A DNA stretch of 64,000 nt from Octopus sinensis (lineage: Eukaryota), in NCBI RefSeq assembly GCF_006345805.1, contig NC_042999.1, forward strand, positions 43,338,001 to 43,402,000, given 5' to 3'. The notes beneath the pieces are model-generated. The model was given only the letters and a program-made list of their open reading frames with translations, searched no databases and was not told where the DNA came from. Positions 1 through 14,449 of the stretch are shown piece by piece. Within the stretch, counting starts at the first letter, position 1. Each line of letters begins with the position of its first letter. A program made the position numbers and the translations under genes.

Positions 1-1026
1 ACATGGTACTTTGAAATGTGGGAATATATAACTGATAATATCACACCAGCACTTGAAACTTATTTTATCGATCACTGAAGGATACAGTTGACTCCAGTGA
101 GATTCGAACATAGAAAGTAAAAGGGCTACAAGAAAATATCTTTTATTTGCCAACAGGGGTTCACAAAAGGGAAACATTACAAAGACAGTTTTACATACAA
201 AAGAGGAATAAAAAGAAGAAAAAAAAATGGCACTACCACCACCATCATCATCATCCCAACCAAGAAATAATGCCTCATCATACTCTGAAGGTAAAATTCC
301 CCACACAAACCAAAGTTCTCATCAGACCATTTCATTAGAATTAATAAACCAACAACAACCAAGTTATATTGTCTTATATGCACCAGTGACTGTTTTATGT
401 TTTTGTTTGTTTTTTTTTAAGTACATATTAGGAACTGATACAACTCTTGCAACCATCATCAGCACCATCCATGGAGATTTTTCTCCTTTACCCCCCCCCC
501 ACCCACCAGCTTTTCTTGTAAATGTCTTGGCCAGGCACACAGAGTATTATCAACTACCTACCCACCCATGCCATGCAACAAACAAAGACCTTTGCCTTCC
601 ACACTTACTACCCACCCCACAGACATGAACCCTCAATACCACCACCACCACTTCTTACACCCACCCTCTATCAGGGTCTGCTAATCCCAACTCACACAAA
701 AACAAACCAACCATCCAACAGACAGCCGCCACCATCATCACTATAACGACAACAATAACTATTTATGGTGGGTTTAGCATAAATGCAATAACCCTTGCCT
801 TTACTGTCATGCTCCTTTTTTTTTTTGTGGGTAGGGGTCTTGGAGAAAACTTACACATATACAAGCTGAATGATGATATATATATATATATACACGCACA
901 CATGCACCTATACATCGACATACACGCAGAATAGATATAGAGAGGAAGGATGGTAGAGGAAGGTGATAGAGAAAATGTGTAACATTTTTCTGTAGGAAAA
1001 CACCAGCAGCAGGCAGGCACCAATCG

Positions 1027-1040
1027 GTTGCTATGGTAAC
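1027..1040. promoter_or_regulatory. RFX X-box-like palindrome GTTGCTATGGTAAC next to a CCAAT box (1020-1024)
   Basis: Exact fit to the GTHNYY-AT-RRNAAC consensus, in unique non-repeat sequence. Function untested. Confidence 0.35.
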
Positions 1041-1549
1041 AGATACACAAGTCAGCATCTCCTAGCAATGTAACTCTCTCAATGACAAGCTTGTTTTATT
1101 TTCCACAAGATTTATTCTTTTCAGTCTCCTGTTCACTAAACGGCTCTTTCACTCCTTTCTCTAAATAGCCTCCCCCACCCCCCTGCATCATGTCGCTTTC
1201 TACCTCTCTATTTACACTCCCTAATTCACCTATCACCACCAGCAATACCAACAGTAATAACATTAAAAAAGAAAAAAACACCACCTCCCCACTGGTACCC
1301 TCGACTTGCTAGAAATATCAGCCAAATCTTCAACAGCCTTAAAGACAGAAACAATGCAGTGTGTTTGTGTGTGTGAACATACATGTGAGAGTGTGCATGT
1401 GTTAACTCAATATTTAAGCACTAATATTTATAACTTTATCTGTTTCAAGGTTCACCGTTCCAAAAAGGAATTTTATATATCTGTGTGTGTGTGCGTATAT
1501 ATATATATCATCATCGTTTAACGTCCGTTCTCCATGCTAGCATGGGTTG

Positions 1550-1621
<72 letters not shown>

Positions 1622-1755
1622 TTTATCGCAATTTGACTTGTTTATATATATATATATATTATATATATATATATCTTCTTTCCTGAGTGTCCAATAATAC
1701 TTTATTTGTTCCATGTCCTTGCGTTGTTTTTTTGTTTTTGTTTTCTTGTTTGGAT

Positions 1756-1810
<55 letters not shown>
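1550..1810. repeat. (TA)n microsatellite cluster after a SINE-C 3' end (about 1505-1550)
   Basis: Long TA runs, preceded by CATCATCGTTTAACGTCCGTTCTCCATGCTAGCATGGGTTGGAC. Confidence 0.95.
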
Positions 1811-1813
<3 letters not shown>

Positions 1814-2014
1814 AATACATACATATACACTTATGAATTTGTGTTGTAAGATTCCTGAAGTGAAACGGTGTGTTGAAACATATTGTATCTCGAGATGGTC
1901 TTTTTGGGGTTTTTTTAGTTTTTTTGCCAAATAAACACACGGATATATTTGTTCTTCACTGTTCTTATTCTAACTCATGTCCATTGTCTGAAAATCTTTC
2001 GTCACACATCTTTA

Positions 2015-2103
2015 TTTAATCGACCCCCAAAAGGATGAAAGGCAAAGTAGACTGTGGCAGAATTCGAACTCAGAATGTAATGACGGGTGAAATACTGCTA
2101 AGC
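2015..2103 (-). mobile_element. SINE family B, left half (continues at 5211-5260)
   Basis: ATCGACCCC-AAAGGATGAAAGGCAAAGT..GAACTCAGAATGTAA..AATACTGCTAAGC. The continuation CACTAAGAATTTCATCCAGCATGCTAAC..CTGCCAG follows the hAT element. Confidence 0.85.
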
Positions 2104-2512
2104 CAGTGTTTCCCCAAAACTTTTCACACCAAATAATAATATCGCCCACCTATCAGCCAAAAAATGCTCCATCGCCCACCTGCATAAAAAAAAAACTGAT
2201 ACAATGTTCCCCCACCAACACAAAATCCCCCCTCCTGTATCATTTGACACACACACTATATCGTAGACTCATTGCCCTGTTAGTGCTGTTTGTACTAAAT
2301 ATGCGGTTGTTTACAAATCCCTTATTGTTGGTTTAGTTTTGCCATTAGTGTCAATAAAATTCTGACGTTAACTCTATATTTTTCAGACTAACTTCTGGAA
2401 ACCTGTGCTTTCTTTTACACTGGTTTTCATTTTCCCCAAATAAACCATTGAACAGAACTACCAATGCAAAAATAATTAATGACTGTATTATAAAGGAAAA
2501 GAGTAAAACTTT

Positions 2513-4438
2513 TTAATGAGAACCATGTGTCCGGTGCAATGCAACTAGTGCATGTACATTTGGTTTCAAACTTGTCAACATTAGCTGCAAGTCTCTTCGT
2601 CGTGTCACATCCAGTCCAATTCTTTTATGGGAAAGTAAAAGTCCCAATATGATTAAAACCAGATTCAACCAGGTATGAGGTAGGGAAGGCAAACAAAAAT
2701 AATTTCAGATGTTTCTACAGACTGAGGTAAGAATTCAATACACTCTGCTGGTATCGCATTGTGGCATCATTGTCATTTTGTAATTCTATCAATTCCTTAC
2801 AATCAACTGCATCAACCTCAAACGGATCGCTATACCAATTTGGAATATTCGGTGCAATAACATCTTCAAATCGCTCCACCATGTCATTGTGCAATGATTG
2901 TAAATAACTGCAATATGTAGTTAAATCCTCATCAACTAATTCATCTTTCAAAGAATCAAGTTGTGGAAATTGATGGAATTGACATTTTGAAAAGTTAGTC
3001 TTATACAACAACAATTTCGAAGCGAAGTTAATGATAAATGATTTACAGTCAGCGAGAGTTTTTCTGTTTCCTTGCAATAACTTATTCAAATCATTTAATT
3101 TTGTGAATATATCACAAAGAAAAATGATATCGCCATCAACAAAGCAGATAGTGGAGTATCTTTAAAGAAAGATATGATTATATGAAACAGTTTAACAAAG
3201 CGTAAAACACAGTTTCCTTTTGACAGCCACCAGACTTCAGTATGGTATAAGAGTTTAGTATGATCCTCATTATTTCTCAGACAGAGTTGACACAAAATTT
3301 TATCAGACAAGGGACTGGACTTCAATTTGCTCACAGTCTTGATAACTAACTGTAGCACATCATTCAACCTACCGTTCATATTTTTTGCCACTAAATGCTG
3401 CCGGTGTAACAAGCAATGAACACTTAGTATCTGGTGGGAAATTTCGCGCTTTAGGACAGATAAAAGAACCTCTGTATCTTCCTATCAATGAAAGGATTCC
3501 ATCAGAAACACAGGCAAGAATATTACTGAGTGGGACATTATGTTCAAAAAGGAAAGACTTGAGAGTGTGAAAAATAGTTGCACCTCTTTAATCAAGCAGC
3601 AATTTCTCTCTGAACAGCATTTCCCCACAAGGTTGAAGGTCTTCACTGAAATGCGGAACATATACCATCATCAAACATTGATTGTTCATAACAGTTGATT
3701 CATCCTCTTTTACTTGTTTCAGTCATTTGACTGCAGCCATGCTGGAGCACCACCTTTAGTCGAACAAATTGACTCCAGGACTTATTCTTTGTAAGCCTAT
3801 TACTTATTCTATCGGTCTCTTTTGCCAAACCGCTAAGTTACGGGGGACATAAGCACACCACCATCGGTTGTCAAGCAATGTTAAGGGGGGGGGGCACAAA
3901 CACAGACACACATATTTGTATAGAAAATTCAGAACACTAGAGAATATTAATGAGCTGATGTTTGACATCATTGGTAGTTTCATCGATGCGTCAAGAAATC
4001 AAATTATTACTAAATGGGATCTTCTTCATAATGTTATCGGGTTTTTCATGCATAACAGCAGACAAAACCTCTTCGATAACTGGGCAAAGTAATGTTTCTT
4101 CAATTGTGTGAAACTTCCCAGACTTAGCAACAATTAATGCAATGTTGTACGATGCAATCAACCCATCATTCTCCTGTTTACTAGTTTTACAGAGTAGCAT
4201 GTTGAATGTTTGTGTTTGCTTTTTGAAAGAGGCGCTCGGTTGTAAAAGGCTTGTGCTTCTTGTCAGAATGCTTTGCATCAAAGTGATACTTCAAGCGTGG
4301 AGGTTTCATTGCTTCGTTGGTCAATGTCTGATGGCAAAGAAGGCACAGTGGTAACTGACAGTTCTGAGGAGAGGGAATAAATCCAAACGATAAATAATCA
4401 CTACTGTACTGTCAACAAATTTTCTTGACTGGAGGCAT
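2513..4438 (-). pseudogene. hAT transposase pseudogene (ZBED8/SCAND3/Buster-like)
   Basis: Translated pieces in the expected order: MPPVKKIC*QYSSDYLSFGFIPSP..PLCLLCHQTLTNEAMKPPRLKYHFDAKH (BED finger); ASYNIALIVAKSGKFHTIEE; FSIQ-MDEST (first catalytic Asp); HRQHLVAK; LLYHTEVWWLSKG; FPTSYLVESGF..GSH* (dimerisation region). Stops, frameshifts and a SINE-A insertion are present. Confidence 0.93.
3705..3912 (-). mobile_element. SINE family A, 3' half, inserted in the hAT transposase
   Basis: Matches the 3' half of the A copies at 9851-10253 and 50464-50832. It splits the FSIQ/MDEST segment of the transposase. Confidence 0.9.
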
Positions 4439-5289
4439 CAGTAAAGTGAAAATTAATTTCTACAGATGGCATCAGAAAGGCAGTATGGTATTCCCAAAGA
4501 GAAGATGTCAACAGAGCAGAGTCAGATGATACGTCTATACTGGAGCAAATCCAGATCTAGTTTGTTTGGCTGCTAGCATTTCAAAAATTTAAGTTTATCA
4601 AAAATTTTAAATTTGGCACATTAATGTACCTTTCCAAGCTAAATTGCTGGAGTTATTCAACTTTTTCCAGAAAGATGTTTTTAAAAAGTTATAGAGGTTT
4701 AGAGTTTGATGATTTTCACCCAGTCAAGAAACACGATTTCAAAGCTGTCATTTTGTGCATGACTGCACATTTTGTCAACATCTTGAAAAACCACAGAATT
4801 ACGCACAACATATAACCCCCTCATAACTTTTATTTTTCGGTGTTTTCAGGAAAATTTTGCACATTTGAATTCTACACACAGGACTTCATATGATTAAGCA
4901 AAAAAAAAAAAAATTTGTAGTCGAGTGTGATTTAAGGCCTAGGCCTATTTGGCTGCATCTCAATAACTGCAACAAAAATATTCAATCAATAAACAAGTTC
5001 ATGTTTTTAGTACAAAGGGACATCTCATGCGAGTGCATCCTTATTCTAGGCATACCTAGATATAAGTAAATGCAGATTTAATTTTTAAAAATTCATTGTC
5101 ACCCACAAAATGTTCATATCACCCGCCAAAATCTCAAATCGCCCACCATTTTCTAGAAATTCACCCATCGCCCACCTGTACGTTGAAGTCGCCCACATTG
5201 GGAAGTGGTGCACTAAGAATTTCATCCAGCATGCTAACAATTTCTGCCAGTTTGCCCCCTTGATAACAAAAACAATAATAATCCTTTCC

Positions 5290-5476
5290 TACTAAAGGCA
5301 CAAGGCCTGAAATTTTGGGGGACAGAACTAGTCAATTACATCAACCCCAGAGTTGCAATGGTACTTAATTTATCGACCCCGAAAGGGATGAAAGGCAAAG
5401 TCGACCTCAGCAGAATTTGAATTCAAAACACTTTACAGGCTAAATACCACTAAGCATTTTGCCTAGCATGCAAACA
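5290..5476 (-). mobile_element. SINE family B
   Basis: GGTACTTAATTTATCGACCCCGAAAGGGATGAAAGGCAAAGTCGACCTC..GAATTTGAA; the tRNA-like head lies at the right end. Confidence 0.9.
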
Positions 5477-5495
5477 ATTCAGCCAGCTCACCACC

Positions 5496-5535
<40 letters not shown>

Positions 5536-5558
5536 TGATGATAATGATAATAATAATG

Positions 5559-5592
<34 letters not shown>

Positions 5593-5612
5593 TGATGATG
5601 ATAACAATAATA
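5477..5612. repeat. Compound (AAT)n/(GAT)n microsatellite
   Basis: Directly visible; gives the poly-N/D ORF 5459..5650. Confidence 0.95.
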
Positions 5613-7436
5613 ACTGGCATGAAGTCAGCAGTTTTGAGGGGAGGGTATAGTCAGTACACCAGTTCTTTGTTTTCTTTATTTTACTAACCCTGGAAGGCTG
5701 GAAAGCAAAATTGACCCAAGCCGAGATCTGAACTCGGAACATAAAAAAATGCCAAAAAATATATAACACAAAATCCACCCCACTCTAATGATTATTATTT
5801 TCTTCATTGATGACGATGATAATGATGGTGGTGGTGGTGGTGGTAGCAATGCTGATTTTTTTTTTTTTAAATCTCTACCACAAGCAGACATGGGGTGATG
5901 GTACAAGACTAACACACAAACTTTGTTGTGGAGGGGGTGAGTTCCAGACTGTGTAGAAGAAATGAAATATACATTTATAGAAATAGATGATTTTCCATTC
6001 TCACTGCATACCCACACCCACACACACTCACAAACACAGAGCTATTACCTAAGGTTTATATATAATATTGCATGCAAGCATGTAATAATAAAAAGGAAAA
6101 AAGTCTGGGAAGCAAACTAAAAGACAATAGCACTGATGATGGTGATTATGATGATGATGACGACGATGGTGGTCGTGATGAAGATAATCATTACCAATTT
6201 CTAATTTAATAGTAATAATTATAATTTCCCCATGATACAGATTAAAAATGATTTTATACAGGAAACAGTAAAAACAAAAAAAAAATCATGCTGTTAGAAT
6301 TTCTAAAATCTGTATGAATGTTTGTTATATTGAAATACACACTTGTGAAACAAACAAACATTAAATTTATTTAGTCATTAAAAAAAAGAGAAAAAAATGA
6401 AATAAAAAAGATGGGAGAGAGAGAGTAGAGAGAGAGAGAAGGGGAAAGGAGAAAGAGGTTTGTTGCATTAAACATTTTTTTCTGCCAAAATATAATAATA
6501 GTTTGATGGGTTATTTGTTATTTTTTTGAAAAAAATCGTTTTTCTGTGGTTTCAGTATTTTAACTCTTTCCACTATGAATGTATTTCTATGCATATATCA
6601 CACAGAACCACACACACTCGCAAACCCATATATACACAATCCACAAAAATCAGACACAGACACATACACACAATATACAAACCTTCACACACATGCACAA
6701 GCTTGATCGGTGAACCTTTCAAAATTACTTAAACCTTATTTATGCTCTTCTTATTTCACAAAATCCCGTTGAACAAAAGGGAATCAGAGTGGGGAGAAAA
6801 CTTTTGATATTATATCCAAAAATCACCATTAATTAACCAAAATTTTAGAAACTGGAGTCAAGAATACTAGAAGAATATATTCGATACTTCCAAAATCATA
6901 TTCCCATACTACTTTTTAAGACAAAAGCCAGAAAAAAAAAAGGGAAAAAGGAGGGGGAAATATTTTTAAGAATATATATTTGTGAAACATTTTAGGTAAA
7001 TATAAACACAAACATGTAACACACACACACACACACACACACACAACTAAATGAGAATTCCAAAAATATTGATTTCTTCACGTATGGTGGAGGGAGAGAG
7101 AAACCTGATCAGAGAGACAAGGTGTCTGACAGACCAGTTTGGTTGAAATGAAATGTAGCAAGATGGCATTAAACCAAGAAAATAAATATATCTTAAAACA
7201 AGATACGATGATGATGTCTTCACCAGAAATTTTTCATCACTTTAGATTTGGAAACATTCTACAAAGACAGGTATCAATTATTCTATTAGAAATCTTGTCT
7301 AGTGACCTATTCAAGAAAACCATTATCTACCATTCCTTTGGCTTACTTTTTCGTTGGCAACAATGTTTTTTTTTTATTATTATTTTGACTTGGGGGGGGG
7401 GGCTTTTTTTTTTTTTTTTTTTTTTTTTGCTATTCA

Positions 7437-7620
7437 GGTGCAGGAATGGCTTTGTAATAAGAAGCTTGTTTCCCAATTACACAGTTTGGGGTTCAAACCC
7501 ACTGCATGGTACCTTGGGCCAGGTGTCTTCTGCTATAGTACCAGGCTGACCAAAGGTCAGTGCAATGGATTTGGCATACAAAAAAATATTGAAACAAGCC
7601 TATCGTGTGTGTGTGTAGAT
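7437..7620 (+). mobile_element. SINE family A, 5' half
   Basis: tRNA-like head GGTGCAGGAATGGC..GGTTCAAACCCACTGC followed by CCTTGGGCCAGGTGTCTTCTGCTATAG. Confidence 0.85.
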
Positions 7621-8221
7621 ATAAGTTAGGTTAATTTTTTGGCTCAAAAAGCAAGGCCATATTGACACACACAACATACAAAGGAATTTTCTTTTTTTCT
7701 CATTTCATTACTTAACCCTTTAATATTCAGATTACTGTTTCATACATAATGCTTATATATTCACATCATTTTAAATTAAGTATGCATTATTTCATAGCTT
7801 TGCGAGTTTACTAATGGGACTCTTTTACTTGTTTCAGTTATCTGACTGTTGCCATGCTGGAGCACTGCCTTTAGTCGAGCAAATCGACCCTAGGTTTTAT
7901 TCTTTGCAAGCCTAGTACTTATTCTATTGGTCTCTACAATAAAGAGTAAAAATCCTTAAATAACATAAGCATTATCAAACTAAATTACTCATTTGAAAAA
8001 TCTTTCACATTCTATACACATCACTTGTTAAGGTCCATCTATTATAGCATTAAATTTTCAATGAAGGTTATTATGCAAGCTACTATAAAATAAATAGTCA
8101 CTGATCAATCATTTTAATCTTCTTGAGAAAGATTATTCACTTTTATCTTACTATAGATTTAAATAATTTATTACCCACAATTTAATTTATGATAGTATTA
8201 ATTCTACTTTGAGATTAATAC

Positions 8222-8451
8222 CATCATCATTTTAATGTTCACTTTTCTATACTCGCATGGTTAGGAGGGAATTTAATGAGGCACATTTTCTATGGCCAGA
8301 CACCCTTGTTATTGCCAACCCTTACCTGTTCCCAGATAAGGTAATATTTTCCCCCCTGGCCAGACATGTTTCCACAAAATATTGGATATGAATAACACTG
8401 CTTGTATGAGAGTGACACATATTTGCAATTGTCACATGATGTCCAAGGATG

Positions 8452-8523
<72 letters not shown>

Positions 8524-9094
8524 AACAGTGGCATGGCTGTATGAAGCTTGCTTACCAATCACAATGTTCTAGGTTCGGTCCCACTGCATGGCACCTTGAG
8601 CAAGTGCGACTTCTACTTTAGCCTAAGGCTGTCCAGAGCCTTGTGAATGGATTTGGTAGATGGAAACTGAAAGAAGCCTATCATGTGTGTGTATTTGTGC
8701 CTGTATTTGTCCCTTACCACTGCTTAACAATCGGTGTTGGTATGTTTACATCCCTGTAACTTAGCAGTTCAGCAAAAGAGACTGATAGAATAAGCACCAG
8801 GCTTTAAAAAAAAAAAGATAAGTACTGGGTCAATACATTTGACTATAAAAGTTCTTCAAGGTGGTGCCCCCAGAATGACTGCAGTCTAATGACTGCAGTC
8901 TAATGACTGAAATAAGTAAAAGATAACAGATACACACACACAGACTTCTTTCAGCTTCTATCTACCAAATCCACTCACAAAGCTTTATTCCATCCAGAGC
9001 TATAGCAGATGCCCAAGATGCCACTCAGTGGAACTGAACCCAAAACCAGGTGATTGGGAAGCAAACTTACCAATCACACAGCTTTACCTGCACC
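8222..9094 (-). mobile_element. SINE family D (A-type head plus C-like tail), interrupted by a SINE-A
   Basis: D tail at 8222-8450 and A-type head at 8935-9094, both on the minus strand, with a plus-strand A copy in the central microsatellite. Confidence 0.75.
8526..8924 (+). mobile_element. SINE family A, full length
   Basis: Head, central TG repeat and tail ..GCAGTCTAATGACTGAAATAAGTAAAAG. Confidence 0.9.
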
Positions 9095-9619
9095 TATAAA
9101 ATACCTGTATGAAACAGAGTCATTAGTCAATGAAAATTTTTATCTTTAATAATATTTAATATTACTCAAAAAGTTTTAATTAGTTCTTCCACTGAAAATT
9201 TAATAAGCAAGTTTATTATGGCTATCTTTTATAACAGTGTGTCACTTTCACTTTGCCAAACTGTAGCTGGAATCACTTTGGTAGGCATAGAAGTTTTATT
9301 TTTGTTTTGATTCTTTTTTTTTTACCTTTGGCGCTGTTTCTATGAACAGTTTGTTTGTCATTGGAGACTTTTTTTTTTTTTTTGTGCAATTAAGATTTTG
9401 TTGTTATTGTTCATTTCTGAGTTTGTATGTAAATGTTTAGAATATTTTTTTTCCTTGTTTTTCTTTTGTTCCTTTGTGCTGTTTACAATGGCAGCAACAG
9501 CACGGGGAGGGGTGGGGGGGGGGGGGACAAAAAATTCCTAACTAATCCAATACAATAACACTCTTCTTTCATGAAAAAAAAAAACCCACAAAAAAAAAAA
9601 CCACAAAACTAATTTAATT

Positions 9620-10253
9620 AGAGGTATGCCTGTATGATTAAGAAGTTCACTTTGCAAACATGGTGGTTCCAGGTTCAGTCCCACCACACAGTATGCTTGT
9701 GTCCTTGGATTTGACTACTACCACCCCTTGACAACTGGTGTTGGTTATTTGATGCTTCATACTATCAGCTTAGCATAAGAGACCAACTGGATAAGTGTCA
9801 CACTTTAAAAAAATAAGACTGGCTCTGATTGCTCAATTAAACATTTCAAAGCAGTGGTTGTGTGGTAAGTAGCTTGCTTACCAACCACATGGTTCTGGGT
9901 TCAGTCCCACTGCGTGGCATCTTGGGCAAGTGTCTTCTGCTATAGTCCCGGGCTGACCAAAGCCTTGAGAGTGGATTTGGTAGACAGAAACTGAAAGAAG
10001 CCTGTCATATATATGTATATATGCATGTGTGTGTGTATATGTTTGTGTGTCTGTGTTTGTCCCTCTAGCATTGCTTGACAACCGATGCTGGTGTGTTTAC
10101 GTCCCCGTCACTTAGCGGTTCAGCAAAAGAGACCGATAGAACAAGTACTGGGCTTACAAAGAATAAGTCCCGGGGTCGATTTGCTCGACTAAAGGTGGTG
10201 CTCCAGCATGGCCACAGTCAAATGACTGAAACAAGTAAAAGAGAGTAAAAGAG
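9620..10253 (+). mobile_element. Two tandem SINE-A copies (older about 9620-9850; younger 9851-10253)
   Basis: Two heads in series. The second copy is close to the other well-preserved copies and ends GACTGAAACAAGTAAAAGAG. Confidence 0.9.
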
Positions 10254-10934
10254 AAAAGAGATGAACAACGACACAAACAAAATAATTCAACAACAACCAA
10301 AAAATAGAAAATCATTTTTAATTGCACTAAAAAAATATCAATGGTGACTAAGAAGCTGACCACCCAGCAGGGCATCAAACAAAATTCTTCCAGAAGCTGT
10401 CAATCAAATAATGCAAAAACAGCTAGTTTCACGAAATGAAAATGGTAAGCTATTACCAAAGATTGCCCTTATTATAGCTAAATCATGTTAGTAAACTCAC
10501 TTTCCAAATATATTTCAACATCCACTAACCTTTAAAGCTACATTCAGTGCTCACAGTGCCTCTGGTGCCTTGCCAATACCCAAGCTGAGAAACACAAGGC
10601 TAACCTAACCAGAATGGAAGTGAAAACAAATAGCAGCCAAATCCTTCTCTAAGTATAATCTATGATCTTATAAAGGACAGTGTAGTCATAAATATACAGA
10701 AGGATAAGATGGCCATGGTTAGATTGTCTTTGATCATAGATCTACTTGGCAGGGCCAAATTGGGGTGAAACAACAATCAAGCTTCCATAAGTAATTAATT
10801 CCTGTAGATTCTACATTTCATAAGAAAAGAGAATTTATCATATGAACTAATTATTGCTGATGAACATCATCACCATCTTTCTTAGATTCCAGATTTTAAT
10901 ATAAGTAATAATGGTTATAATTTTAAAATCTGAT

Positions 10935-10972
<38 letters not shown>

Positions 10973-12870
10973 GAAATACTGAAATTTATAAAACTATTCA
11001 ATTATGTGAAGTATCTGAAAGAACTTATTGCATTTGACATCAAGTGGCAGATTTTCACTTGAAGATGTTCATGAGAGGCAGACTGAACAGAAACAATCCC
11101 AAAATTAGTTGGTTGTATTTAGCTACAAAAAAAAAAAGTCAAGATCCATAATAAATCTGCAGACAAGCTAAATGTCAGATCAAAATTCTTCACTAAATGT
11201 TGCCACTTTAGTAAATACCTACTGAAATACTGGATGATAACACCCTATACAGCCTGATTGACATGATCAACACAATCACCTTATTTTTTCTCAAAAGCAA
11301 TCACCTTGTTTCTCTCATAAAATTTGAACTTATGAAACACTTCCTCTATTGTCTATTACACTGACAATCCCTGCCGGTAACTTACACCACCATGTAGCAT
11401 TACACCCACAGACATTTCTGTGACTTTTAACTACCAAACTATTCATACTTTGTAAGTCCTCATTATTTTTTACCAATATAAGGAAAATAACTCACTCAAA
11501 AATATTAACAGGTAAGGAATTGTACACACACACACACACCTTGATCTGGGGGTAAGGTTAAAAAGAAAAATCTGAATTAGTAAGAAACAAAAAAGAATTC
11601 AGAGATAATCCTTTAGTTAAGAAAAAACGGATGAAGTACTGAAAAGGGATTGTGAGAGTAGAAGAAAAATGTTTGGGGTTTAATGACAAAAATGCTAAAA
11701 ACAAAAGAATCGGGTGTGTTTGAAGAACCCTCTTTGGATGCTTAATACAGGATTGATATGCATTCTGTAAATTTCAGTAGGTATTCATGCAAGTGGCAAT
11801 ATTTAATAGAAAATTGCCATTTTGTGCTTAGATAATTACTGGAGTTATTGAATTTGTTCAAGATTAGCTCTTTCTCAGCTGTACATAAGTTGCATATTTT
11901 AGAGTCACTTTTTACAAAATATTATATCGCCCTGATACTTGATTCAAATAATTTGTTCTAATACACCTGCTCCATTTACTTTATTATTATTATTATTATT
12001 ATTAGCAGCAGCATGTACCTGCCAAGTCAAGCATGAACCTAGCATTAACCTTAAATTTTAACCAACAAAATTTTTGCAAAGATTTTTTCCCCAACATTTT
12101 GTTTAACGTATTTACTTTTTATCCTACTCTGTTATTTTTCAAACATCATCAGTCATCATTCAACATCATTGATAACTGCCGTCAAGTGAATTGAGAGAGA
12201 GCAAAACACTCATCTGCACATGCACAGGTAAATCTCATTTTATTTTTCACAACATTCAATTGCATCGTGAATACTAGATTCATAATTTCAGTATTATTCT
12301 CCTTCACTCGCTACTGTTACAAGCAAGGAGCGGGGGGGGGGGTATAACTAGTGTAAATACATAGAGATTGTCTATGAGTAGATAATGATAGCTCTAGAAG
12401 GACAGCAGAAAACTGTACCAAAAGAGACATAACAACAACAACAACAACAACAAAAAGAAAAACACTAACACTACAGCCAATTAGCACACACTGAAAGTTT
12501 ACGTTGACCTGTGTCAGGGTGGAATGCATCAAAATATTCATGGCAATTGATCTGATCCATCCGGTGCATCTAATGGAAGGAATCCATGAAACAAGCTAAT
12601 ACAGCATCATAGTCAGATAGAGAGAGACAGGTAAGGCGACAGTAAGCATGTCTGATTATTTTATTGCATAGAATATAAGGTTAGATGAGAATGTGAAACC
12701 CCTCACTTCACCTGCTCTCACACACAGACACACACACACATATGATGTGCATGTGTGTATTACTTCTGATGTATTTAATCCTTCTGATACCAATCTGCTC
12801 ATGACCATCCCTGGTCCTGATATAAGTATCTTGCTTGAAAAGAATGTAAATTAAAACCTTTAATTTATTC

Positions 12871-13740
<870 letters not shown>

Positions 13741-14201
13741 TGATGTTAAATGATGATGATGATGATGATGATGTAATTACTCGTTCACAGGCTTGCATAT
13801 GCACTTGTACTGATGTGTAACATTACCAGATTAAATAATATTGTAGCATCTAGCATGGTGGTGGAAAGTGTAGAAGTAGTGGTAACCAGCCTAGAGTATC
13901 AAGTCAGCATCAATGGATGACACAGGGGTACTTTTTGGGAGAGTGGGGCCATGGTGTGGGGGTAAGGAACTTCTTACATCCAATCAAATACAATAACTTA
14001 GCAAAGCTATTGGACATAAAAAAAACGAAATAAATGCATTTCAGTTATGTCTGTGCTGTGTCATAACAGTAAGACACTTGAATGAGGATGTATTGAATGA
14101 AAAATGAAAGAAATAGGCTAATGCTTAATGTTTCCTTTTCTTTCTTTTAGTTTTGTGATTTTATATATATATATATATATTATATATATATATATATATA
14201 T

Positions 14202-14263
<62 letters not shown>

Positions 14264-14449
14264 TGTTTAAAAACTATGCTATAAATCTATTTTATCTGTA
14301 AGAAGCCTAACAATATTCTTCTTTGAGAAAGAAATTATGAAAGTAGGGATGGTGGAGACAGACTGACATGGCGAGGGACAGGAAGACGGAGGGAGAGAGA
14401 GAGAGAGAGAGAGGGGGGGGGAGACAGCTGTTTCTAAACAAAGACTTAC

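Larger units (their letters stand above)
2104..5210 (-). mobile_element. Full-length decayed hAT DNA transposon (Buster/Charlie-like), inserted into a SINE-B copy
   Basis: Left end CAGTGTTTCCCCA (2104) and right end TTGGGAAGTGGTG (5210) form imperfect TIRs. Subterminal ATCGCCCACC repeats at 2141, 2171, 5138, 5167. Degenerate 8-bp TSD TGCTAAGC (2096-2103) / CACTAAGA (5211-5218). The flanks are two halves of one SINE-B. Internal transposase remnant. Confidence 0.9.

Noticed and set aside
227-291. First exon MALPPPSSSSQPRNNASSYSE(G); similarly MALNQENK..LQRQ at about 7163-7270 and a donor at about 10445
   Set aside because: Weak or ordinary donors (GTAAAA, GTATCA, GTAAGC), no homology, and within chance expectation.
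1485-1940. IYIY/HTHT/CVCV-type ORFs here and at 8290-8621, 13409-13620, 37523-38184, 44408-47205 and 58623-58907
   Set aside because: Translations of dinucleotide microsatellites.
9505-9527. G-quadruplex-forming G-run
   Set aside because: Simple homopolymer run, many similar ones in the window, and no functional context.
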